A DNA stretch of 64,000 nucleotides, taken from Elusimicrobiota bacterium. GTDB taxonomy: Bacteria; Elusimicrobiota; Elusimicrobia; F11. The stretch covers positions 224,001 to 288,000 of the forward strand of contig JBGAON010000001.1 in assembly GCA_044221725.1 (NCBI GenBank), read 5' to 3'. The position numbers and the translations under genes were made by a program. Below, in pieces: positions 35,698 to 43,744 of this stretch. The notes under the pieces were generated by a model that made no database searches, was not told the origin of the DNA, and saw only the letters and a list, made by a program, of their open reading frames with translations. Every line of letters begins with the position of its first letter. Positions within the stretch are counted from its first letter, which is position 1.

Positions 35698-35726
35698 TGG
35701 AAATCACTCCTCGGTGCCTTTATACT
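35698..35726 (+). promoter_or_regulatory. Putative sigma70-type promoter TGGAAA-N17-TATACT of the motor operon
   Basis: TGGAAA at 35698-35703 and TATACT at 35721-35726, then GAGGAG and ATGs at 35739/35745. Confidence 0.4.
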
Positions 35727-35738
35727 TCTTGAGGAGAA

Positions 35739-37631
35739 ATGCGGATGAATGCTGCCCGTCTGAGAAACGCGCTGTTTTTTAGCGTCCTTTTGCTTAGCCA
35801 GTTTGCTCTGGTCTGGGCAGAAACCGATGCTCCCGACCCGGTTGCTCTTGAACAGGAAAGACGACTTAAAGACGACTCCGAAAAACAAGCCCAGAAAATT
35901 TGCGACAGCATTATGGGTGCGGGTCGATCGAATGTGCTTGTGAATGTGGAATTGGGCTTGGAGAGCACACGCAAGGGCGGGTCCGCCCTTAATCAGAAGC
36001 GTGATTCAAAAAATGGCTTGAACGACGACAATTTTATTTTGCCATGGGTTCCGGCACCGAAATCTGTCACGAAAGAAGAAACTCCCAAAGACATGAGCGT
36101 TGAGAATCAAGCGGCGCAGCAGGCGACGCTCGACGTGAAAACAGTCTTAAAGCGCTTCGATATTACCGTCGTTCACGATGAGAAGGTTCCGGTCGAACGC
36201 GTCGAGATGGCCAAAGGTGCGCTCCAGTCGGCGTTTGACCGCTACGCGTCAATCCTAAAACTGGTCTTCAAGGCGACGACGTTCCAACACGACGTTGAGA
36301 ACTATGACCCGAAAGAATCCATTAAGAAAAATTTCATTCAGTCGCTCGATTTAAAGAGCTTGCTTTACCTGTTCTTGCTCATGCTGGCTTTTATGGTGTT
36401 GCGATTTTTCTTTGGACCGCTCGCCGACTTCATGAAGAACTATATCGAAGGGATGCGCGAGCAATCGAAATCAAAGGTTGAAATGGAAAATCGCAGTGAA
36501 AGTGAAAACGAAACCGATGCCGAGAGCGAAGAGGAAGGAAACGTGGACGGCGAAGGATTGACGCCGGATGAGCAAGCCGCTTTGGAAGCGCAGTTGGCGG
36601 AGGAGGAAGCTATGAAGAAGTTTGAGCCCTTCAAATATGTGACGGACGATAACATTAAGCAGCTTGCGTACTTGCTGCATCACGAGGAACCCTGGATCGT
36701 GGCGCTCGTGATTTCTTATCTGTCGGCCGAACATTCGTTTAAAGTGATGGAGGCGCTGCCGGCCGATCTCCAGGCGAAAGTGGCGCTTGAAACCGCGATG
36801 TACCGCCAAACCTCGCTTGAACAAGTGCAAACCATCGATGAAGACATCAAACAGAAGATCGATTTTGTTGTTGGTGGCCTCGAAAAGCTCGTGGTGATTC
36901 TCGAGAGCTCGGACCGAATGTCGCGCGACAATATTCTCGAATATCTAAAAAATGAAAAGCCGGGCGTGTACGAGCGCGTGCGCGAAAGAATCTTGTTGTT
37001 TGACGACATCGTGAATTTCCCGAAAGTCGCAATGCAGGTGGTTGTGCGGGAGCTTAAGACCGAACAATTGGGGAAAGCATTGCGTGGCGCGAGTCCCGAA
37101 CTTCAAGCAAAGTTCTACGAGAATATGTCGCAAGGCGCCGTGACGTTGCTCAAAGAAGAAATGGAATACGGCCGGCCGGTGACCGACGACCAAATTGAAG
37201 AAGAGCGCCGCAAAATCATCGACATGGTGAAGGTTATGGAAACCGAAGGAAAAATTTCTTTCCGGCAGAAGGGAAAGAGCGGCGCGAATGCGCTTGATCT
37301 CGGCAGCGAAATGCCTGGCATGAGCATGAGTTCGTTGCTGAACAAAAGCAAGCCGAGCGATCCGGAAGGTGCCGCGCAAGCGTACGCTGCGGGCGCCGCC
37401 GCACAGGAGCAAGGAAACATGGAAGAGGCATTGCGACAGTACGAAATGAGCGTGAATATGGATCCAACGGTGGCCGCTGTGCAAATGGCCCTGGCCGGAG
37501 CTTATTACGCTGTTGGACGATACCAAGAATCGTTGGCCGCGTACGATGCGGCGCTACAGATCGAACCGAATCCGGATTTTCAAAAGTGGGTCGATGACTT
37601 TCGTGCAACTCTGGCGACGCCGGCGGCCTAA
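35739..37631 (+). CDS. fliG: FliF-like ring-building domain / TM / FliG middle+C-terminal domain / TPR fusion protein
   Basis: Signal peptide; ICDSIMGAGRSNVLVNVEL...KRFDITVV resembles FliF RBM3; TM at about 36360-36420; acidic linker; EEPWIVALVISYL (FliG EHPQ motif); ILLFDDI (MFxF motif); ALRGASPELQAKFYENMS...LKEEMEYGRPV...EERRKII (FliG-C); C-terminal TPRs. Confidence 0.8.
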   Translation: MRMNAARLRNALFFSVLLLSQFALVWAETDAPDPVALEQERRLKDDSEKQAQKICDSIMGAGRSNVLVNVELGLESTRKGGSALNQKRDSKNGLNDDNFILPWVPAPKSVTKEETPKDMSVENQAAQQATLDVKTVLKRFDITVVHDEKVPVERVEMAKGALQSAFDRYASILKLVFKATTFQHDVENYDPKESIKKNFIQSLDLKSLLYLFLLMLAFMVLRFFFGPLADFMKNYIEGMREQSKSKVEMENRSESENETDAESEEEGNVDGEGLTPDEQAALEAQLAEEEAMKKFEPFKYVTDDNIKQLAYLLHHEEPWIVALVISYLSAEHSFKVMEALPADLQAKVALETAMYRQTSLEQVQTIDEDIKQKIDFVVGGLEKLVVILESSDRMSRDNILEYLKNEKPGVYERVRERILLFDDIVNFPKVAMQVVVRELKTEQLGKALRGASPELQAKFYENMSQGAVTLLKEEMEYGRPVTDDQIEEERRKIIDMVKVMETEGKISFRQKGKSGANALDLGSEMPGMSMSSLLNKSKPSDPEGAAQAYAAGAAAQEQGNMEEALRQYEMSVNMDPTVAAVQMALAGAYYAVGRYQESLAAYDAALQIEPNPDFQKWVDDFRATLATPAA

Positions 37632-37633
37632 GA

Positions 37634-39385
37634 ATGAAACCATCCACGGAACTCGACAATCGTCTCACACGACTTCAAAAATGGTCCGAACGCTACGATC
37701 GCCTGCTTGAGCGCGAGGCGCGGTCGATTGAAGCGCTTTTTATACACGCGGTCGCGGACTGGGAAGCGGAAAAAAAGCAGAAGATGGAAGAATATTCTGC
37801 GCAAGAGGCGCAGATCAAGTCTCAGCTGGATCACGCAGGGAAAGAATACGCTCAGTCGAAATATCGGCTCGAGCGAGACACGACCAGCAACAAAACCGAA
37901 ATTAAAAAAAATGAAGACGAATACCGAGATCTCGAAAAGAAATACGAATTGGAGTTGACGCGTTTGGGAGACGAAAAGACCAACGCGCGGGTGTCGCTTG
38001 AACGCCAGAAAAGCGCGCTTACCGAACTTTACCAGGAAAAAATGCGCAATCTTACTGTCACGCGTGCGGGGCTTCTGCGCGAGTGGCAGACCATGGAGAT
38101 CAAAATCCGGGAGACCAAAAATCGCAACGAAGAGGAAATGAAGAAGTTATCGGAAGAGAGCGAAAAAAATATTTCTGCTCTGAGAATCAGTGCCGAAGCG
38201 AAAAAAGAGGGTTGGTCCATCGCGCTGGACACGATTAAGAAAGAGCTGGCGTCGCTCGCAACCGAGCGTGAGCATATTGAAAAGCGTCTTGTCGATATTC
38301 GAGGCGAAAAAGAGAAAGAGCTCAACGAGGCCCGCCTTGCAATGAAGTTGGCTCGGGAGCAGCTCGAGGTGGACAAAGCAACGCTTATCGAAAAAGCCGA
38401 AGAAGATCAGCGCAAATGCGAAGCTGAGGTCGCCGATCTTAGAAACAAGATCCTTGTTGGAGAACGCGAGCTGCAGGATTTTGTTACACGACATGAGTTG
38501 GTCAAGAAGGAAACGGAAGAAGGGTTTTTGAAAGAAGAAAACATGTTGCGGGAGTCGGTTAAAGCTGAAACCGAACGACGTGATTACGAACAAAAGCTTT
38601 ACGAGCAAGAGAAGACGGGCAAGGAAAAAGAACTAAACCGGCTAAAAGAGGAATACGAGAAAAAGAAATGGCAATGGGACAATCAAGTGCGCACGTTAAT
38701 GATGCAGAAGTCCGTGAACGATTCCGAGTACGAGGCAGAGAGGCTGCGCGTGGATCGCGAGGCGCGCACCGCGCTGCGGAGCCTTGAGGCAAAACGCGAT
38801 GAGTTGAAACAGCGACTTGCCGATATTAAAAACCGTCACTCGGGATTAAGTGTCAACGCGGAGAAAGAGATTCAACTGATAAATCAACGTTGGCATTGGA
38901 GACGCGATCGTTTGTGGTCGTTGTGGCAGAGTCGCTTGGACGTGCTGCGGAAAGAGCGGCTGGCGCTGCACGAACAGATCGAAGCGCTCCAGCAAACATT
39001 TGAAAAGAGCAAAGCGCAAATGAACGATTCGGAGCAGCGCGAATCAAAGCGGCTCGATGACATGCAGGGGTTCTTGTTGCAAATGGGCGAGAAGAACAAA
39101 GGGCAACGCAAACAGCACGAAATCCAATTTGAGCTTGAAAAAACGCGACTTTTCGCTCAGATTAAAGAATTGGAGACGTCCATTCTTGATTGGGCGGATC
39201 GATTGAAGCAGGTTCAGTTGGATGTCTCGAAGGAAACAACGGGTGCCGCCGCGCAGGTAAGCTATTTGGACCGTTGGTATCGCGATGAAGAACAGGAAAC
39301 GCAAGCGTTCGTGAAAGAAATTCAGGACGCGATGTCTATCGTTCAAACCGTTTTTGAACAGTTGGGATTTAAAAAGGCAGCGTAA
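37634..39385 (+). CDS. Cytoplasmic long coiled-coil protein (583 aa), unknown function
   Basis: E/K/R/L-rich heptad-type sequence, essentially Pro-free after the N-terminus, no signal or TM. Starts 2 nt after the previous stop. Confidence 0.8.
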   Translation: MKPSTELDNRLTRLQKWSERYDRLLEREARSIEALFIHAVADWEAEKKQKMEEYSAQEAQIKSQLDHAGKEYAQSKYRLERDTTSNKTEIKKNEDEYRDLEKKYELELTRLGDEKTNARVSLERQKSALTELYQEKMRNLTVTRAGLLREWQTMEIKIRETKNRNEEEMKKLSEESEKNISALRISAEAKKEGWSIALDTIKKELASLATEREHIEKRLVDIRGEKEKELNEARLAMKLAREQLEVDKATLIEKAEEDQRKCEAEVADLRNKILVGERELQDFVTRHELVKKETEEGFLKEENMLRESVKAETERRDYEQKLYEQEKTGKEKELNRLKEEYEKKKWQWDNQVRTLMMQKSVNDSEYEAERLRVDREARTALRSLEAKRDELKQRLADIKNRHSGLSVNAEKEIQLINQRWHWRRDRLWSLWQSRLDVLRKERLALHEQIEALQQTFEKSKAQMNDSEQRESKRLDDMQGFLLQMGEKNKGQRKQHEIQFELEKTRLFAQIKELETSILDWADRLKQVQLDVSKETTGAAAQVSYLDRWYRDEEQETQAFVKEIQDAMSIVQTVFEQLGFKKAA

Positions 39386-42087
39386 TGGATAAACCAGAGG
39401 AAAAATCGGGGCCGCTCAAACCGCCGCATCCGCCACCAGGCAAAAAACCTGGTACGCCTTTGCCGAAAGGTCCGGTTCCACCGCGCGGTGGAATGCAGTT
39501 GCCCGGCGTCAAGCCGGTCGCCAAGCCGGCCGTGCCACCAGCGTCGCCGGCCATTCCGCCTTTGCCCCCGCAAGCGAAGCCACCCGCGGGTCCCCCATCA
39601 ATGCCACCGCGACCACCGACACCCCCGGGCATGAGTGCGCCGCCGAGCGTGCCACCGGCTCCACCGCCGTCCGGCGCCGCTGGTCCCTTCACGCCAGCGC
39701 TTTCAAACAAAATTTCAGAAGCCAACGCCGCGACCTCTGAACTGGAGCAACGTATTGCGGATCTTGAGAAGAAGCTGCTCGAAGAACGCGAGAAAGTTTT
39801 GCTGGCGTCGTTGCGAACAAAAGAAGAAGAAGCGGTTTCCGCCAAAGTAGAAACGTCAATCAAGGATATTCAGGAAAAACTGCGTCGCGAAAAACGCGAA
39901 CAAGAATTGGATGAGTCTCGCCGAAAATCGGAAGCGCGTGCGAACGAATTGGAACGTCGCATGGCCGAAGAACGCGAAGCGTGGGTTTCAACGTTGAAAG
40001 GTCAGCTTGGTCAGCGCGATCAGATTACGCAAGAAATGGAGACTCATTTCTCGTCGCGCTTGAAAGACCTGGAATACCGATGGTCACAAGAAAAATCCGG
40101 ATTGGAAAGCGCGCTGCGTGAACGCGAAGCAGAACTCACGCGGGTTCGTCACGAATACCAGATTAAAGGAGAACAAGAGAAAGCGTTTTGGGAAGACCGT
40201 TTGAAATCGGTGGCCGCCGAGCGGGACAAGCTTGAACGTGAACTCGAACGAACGAAAGACAAATTTGCACAAGAAAAAGACCATTTGCTCATTGAACGAC
40301 AATCGCTGCGGGACCAAGTCAGCAAAGCCGACAGCCTTCTTAAGTTCGTTGAAGAACAAACACGCACAGAAAAAGCCGCGATGCAGCGCGAAGCCGAGGC
40401 CCACGCGAATCTTATTCGGCAGCAGGGATCTATTGAGCGCGAAAGTTTCGAAAAGCAAATCGCCAATTTGAACAGTCAGATTCAGACGCAGGTGCGGGAT
40501 CTTTCCGAGAAAACGACCAGTTTGGCGGCGGTAAACCAGCAATTGACAAATGTTCGCGGTCAAATTAATCAATTGGAGTTCCGCCTTTCGGAGCGGGAAA
40601 AGGTGATCGAGGAATATCGACGGAAATCGACCGAGATTGACGGGCTTTCCGATGCGCAACGCAAAAAATATGAGGTCGAGATAGAGCAATTGCAAAACGA
40701 TTTGAGTCGAGCGAAACGAGCGGTCAAGGAGGAGGCCGAACGGGTCATGACCGAATCCGAATCGCGGATCAAAACGTTGCAATCGCGGTTGGATTGGTAC
40801 GACACAAATATAAAACGCGAATACGACAACGCGCGCATGGAAGTTAGCTCGGAACTAACGCAGCTGGAAGTGAAGTACAAAGAAGCACAAAATCAAATTC
40901 GCGAGTTGCAAAAACAGACGGAAAGCAGCGCGAATGTTCAACAAGAGCTGGATCAGGTTAAAGCCGAATGGAAGCAGGCACAGTGGGATTTGGAAGCGCA
41001 GTTAAAAGAAGCGAACGATCAGTTGAAGCTGACGCAAGGAAAACTCGAACAAGCCGAAGACGCTCGCATAAGCCTGGAACAAGAGTTGCGTCAGCGCAGC
41101 GCGAATGCCGATTTTTCTCAGTCGCAAATGGAGCAGCGCGAATTGGAAATTAAAAAACTTCTCGATCGTTCCGATTCTCTCGAGAAGGAGCTCGCTTTAA
41201 AGAAAGAGAAAGAAGCAACGATGGGGGCGCAGTTTGAAGAATACAAGCGGTTGCTGCACGGCAAGGGTCTGCCGGATGTCGAAGAATTACAGAACCAGAT
41301 ACGCGATAAATCCACTGCGCTTGACCGCGCGAAAGAGACAATTCACAAGCTGAACAACGAAATTCAAGACGCCGAAAAGAGGGAACAAATTCTCCGGGAG
41401 AAAGAAAGGTCCGTGAAAGATACGGTCAGTGAAAAAGACGAAATCCTCGCCGAATTCAAAAATCGTGTGGCGACGCTCGATCGAAAATTGAAGCAAGCGC
41501 AGGACGAATTCGCCGCCATGCACGCACAGTCTGCGGAGGAGAAAGAGCGAATTTTGAATCAGGCCGCGCAAGAAAAGGAAAGACTGATCAATCAGAAACA
41601 GATTGAAATTGAACAAGCACGTCGCGCGGCCGCTGAGGAAATGGCTGAGAAGATTCGAGCAGAGTTGCCGCCGCCGGGGCCTGCCCCCGAGACCGTGGCC
41701 GCACAAATTCGCCAAGATTTGGAAGCCGAATACATGGACCGCCTGCGCGACAAGGAATCGGAAGTCGATAGTAAAGTGGCCCAAGCGCGGGAAGAAACGA
41801 AAAAAGAAATGGACCGCCTTAAATGGGAAGCAGAAAGCATGAAAGAGGAGCTCAAACGCGCGCGTGAAGCGCGATCACAAATCGAACGGGAAGCGCAAGA
41901 GCTTTTGCAGCAGGCGGAAGCGCATTATCAACGTGAACTCGCGAAGCATTCACAGGAGATCGATACAACGGTAAAAGAGCAGCCGAAAGGCTTTTTCACG
42001 CGCATCGGACGCATTTTGGATACACCGATTATCGATACTGGCAAGAAAAAGAAAAACGAAGACGATGATTTTACTGCGGCGGCTTAA
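39385..42087 (+). CDS. Long coiled-coil protein (900 aa) with Pro-rich N-terminus and C-terminal amphipathic helix
   Basis: TAATG overlap with the previous gene. About 95-aa Pro-rich head, about 750-aa coiled coil, KGFFTRIGRILD near the end. Confidence 0.8.
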   Translation: MDKPEEKSGPLKPPHPPPGKKPGTPLPKGPVPPRGGMQLPGVKPVAKPAVPPASPAIPPLPPQAKPPAGPPSMPPRPPTPPGMSAPPSVPPAPPPSGAAGPFTPALSNKISEANAATSELEQRIADLEKKLLEEREKVLLASLRTKEEEAVSAKVETSIKDIQEKLRREKREQELDESRRKSEARANELERRMAEEREAWVSTLKGQLGQRDQITQEMETHFSSRLKDLEYRWSQEKSGLESALREREAELTRVRHEYQIKGEQEKAFWEDRLKSVAAERDKLERELERTKDKFAQEKDHLLIERQSLRDQVSKADSLLKFVEEQTRTEKAAMQREAEAHANLIRQQGSIERESFEKQIANLNSQIQTQVRDLSEKTTSLAAVNQQLTNVRGQINQLEFRLSEREKVIEEYRRKSTEIDGLSDAQRKKYEVEIEQLQNDLSRAKRAVKEEAERVMTESESRIKTLQSRLDWYDTNIKREYDNARMEVSSELTQLEVKYKEAQNQIRELQKQTESSANVQQELDQVKAEWKQAQWDLEAQLKEANDQLKLTQGKLEQAEDARISLEQELRQRSANADFSQSQMEQRELEIKKLLDRSDSLEKELALKKEKEATMGAQFEEYKRLLHGKGLPDVEELQNQIRDKSTALDRAKETIHKLNNEIQDAEKREQILREKERSVKDTVSEKDEILAEFKNRVATLDRKLKQAQDEFAAMHAQSAEEKERILNQAAQEKERLINQKQIEIEQARRAAAEEMAEKIRAELPPPGPAPETVAAQIRQDLEAEYMDRLRDKESEVDSKVAQAREETKKEMDRLKWEAESMKEELKRAREARSQIEREAQELLQQAEAHYQRELAKHSQEIDTTVKEQPKGFFTRIGRILDTPIIDTGKKKKNEDDDFTAAA

Positions 42088-42268
42088 CGGCACCGAGTTT
42101 TGGCTGAACGCCGAGCTCATTGAGCAAGTGGAGAGCACGCCGGACACCGTGATAACACTCACGACCGGCAACAATATTTTGGTTTTGGATAAGCGAGATG
42201 CTGTGATCGAAAAGATTGTCGCGTACCAGCGTCAAACGAAACTGAAAAAGGAAGAGTCATGGACATAG
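42065..42268 (+). CDS. flbD: Flagellar FlbD/SwrD family protein
   Basis: MILLRRLNGTEFWLNAELIEQVESTPDTVITLTTG matches the FlbD family pattern. It sits in the canonical position upstream of motA. Confidence 0.9.
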   Translation: MILLRRLNGTEFWLNAELIEQVESTPDTVITLTTGNNILVLDKRDAVIEKIVAYQRQTKLKKEESWT

Positions 42269-43047
42269 CAACAATTGGCGGAATATTGATTGGCGGTTTC
42301 ATGGTGTTCTTTACGGTGTTTCATTCCGAAGGGATAAAAGGTTTTGCCCCGTTTATGAACGCCGAAGCGTTTTTGATCGTGTTGGGCGGGACCTTCTGCG
42401 CGTTGCTCGTCAATTACCCAATTTCCCAAGTGTTTGGAATGTTCAAAGTGTTGAAAAAAGTGATGAGCAACTACACGGTCGATACGCAAGAAATCGTTAC
42501 GACATTTGTGAAGTTCGCGAAAAAGGCGCGCACCGATGGATTCCTCGCGCTACAGGAAGAAGTTAAAAGTACGAAAGACGATTTTTTGAAACGGGGTGTG
42601 CAGCTTGTGATCGACGGAGCCGATAAAGAATTCATTCAGAACATGATGGAGACGGAACTGGGATTTATTCGAGAGCGGCACAAGGTCGGTCAGGAAATTT
42701 TTAATTCGCTGGGCACCTACGGCCCCGCGTTCGGCATTATCGGCACGATTCTCGGAATGATCATGATGATGAGCACGCTGGACGATGTGGCGCAGGTGCC
42801 GCGCCGAATGGCTCTTTGCTTGTCGGCGGCGTTCATGGGGTTGGGCTCCGGTTATTTGATCTTCTTGCCGATGGCCGGGAAACTTCGTCGCCGATCCGAA
42901 GAAGAGCTTTTAATTAAAGAAATTATTATCCGTGGTGTGCTGCTTCTACAGACTGGGGCGGCGCCCAGCTTGCTCGAGTCCAATCTCAAAGCGTATCTTG
43001 ATCCTGCCACGCGCAGCCTTATCCGGACGACGGCCGGGAACGAGTAA
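42259..43047 (+). CDS. motA: Stator subunit MotA/PomA
   Basis: MDIATIGG start, IVLGGT, ARTDGFLAL, FLKRGVQLVIDG, PAFGIIGTILG, FLPMAGKL; four TM segments. Confidence 0.93.
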   Translation: MDIATIGGILIGGFMVFFTVFHSEGIKGFAPFMNAEAFLIVLGGTFCALLVNYPISQVFGMFKVLKKVMSNYTVDTQEIVTTFVKFAKKARTDGFLALQEEVKSTKDDFLKRGVQLVIDGADKEFIQNMMETELGFIRERHKVGQEIFNSLGTYGPAFGIIGTILGMIMMMSTLDDVAQVPRRMALCLSAAFMGLGSGYLIFLPMAGKLRRRSEEELLIKEIIIRGVLLLQTGAAPSLLESNLKAYLDPATRSLIRTTAGNE

Positions 43048-43724
43048 TGTCTCTCAAGCCCCAAAAGGGATTTATTGACGAAACCGATCCGCGCGTCACA
43101 TTGATCGGTCATCCCGCGCCCGCGTGGATGGTGAACTATGCGGATCTTATGACCGAACTTGTCTGTTTTTATTTGATCCTTTACGCATTGTCAGCGGCTC
43201 TTTCGAAACCGGTGCAGGAAGCGAAGAAAGAAGTGGAAGAAAAAATGAAGCAGGAAGAGGTGGCGGGCGACGTTAAAATCACGAAAGACGGCCTTGTTAT
43301 CTCGTTGCAGGAACAGGGATACAAGGTGTTTTTTCAAAGTGGTTCGTCGGAGATGACCGATGAAATGAAAGGGATTTTGAATCAGTTGGCTCCGACGTTT
43401 AAGAAGCTTGCGGAGAAAAAACACGACATCATCGTGGAGGGCCACACCGATGATATTCCGATCCACACAACGAAGTTTGATTCAAACTGGGAATTGTCAA
43501 CGGCGCGCGCGACAACGGTCGTCCAATATCTCATTCATGAACACAAATATCCCCCGGAGCATATTGCGGCGATTGGTTACGGTGAAAACAAGGGATTGCC
43601 CCGTGGCCCCGACGAGGATTTGACCGCGTGGCGCTCCAAAAATCGCCGTGTGGTGTTCCTCATTAAAAATCCCGATTCGCCGGCGAAAACCTCGGAAGTG
43701 GCTGAAGTTTCAGAAGGCCACTAA
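43047..43724 (+). CDS. motB: Stator subunit MotB with OmpA-like peptidoglycan-binding domain
   Basis: WMVNYADLMT TM with the conserved Asp; VEGHTDD, NWELSTARA, GYGE, NRRV. Confidence 0.93.
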   Translation: MSLKPQKGFIDETDPRVTLIGHPAPAWMVNYADLMTELVCFYLILYALSAALSKPVQEAKKEVEEKMKQEEVAGDVKITKDGLVISLQEQGYKVFFQSGSSEMTDEMKGILNQLAPTFKKLAEKKHDIIVEGHTDDIPIHTTKFDSNWELSTARATTVVQYLIHEHKYPPEHIAAIGYGENKGLPRGPDEDLTAWRSKNRRVVFLIKNPDSPAKTSEVAEVSEGH

Positions 43725-43744
43725 TAAAAAAGTAACCTCCGACT

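Noticed and set aside
37634..42087. Coiled-coil proteins as SMC/SbcC or phage tape measure
   Set aside because: No Walker A/B or hinge motifs and no phage genes nearby.
42259..43724. motAB as Zorya ZorAB anti-phage system
   Set aside because: MotA has no long cytoplasmic tail, no zorC/D/E are nearby, and flbD plus a FliG domain are adjacent.
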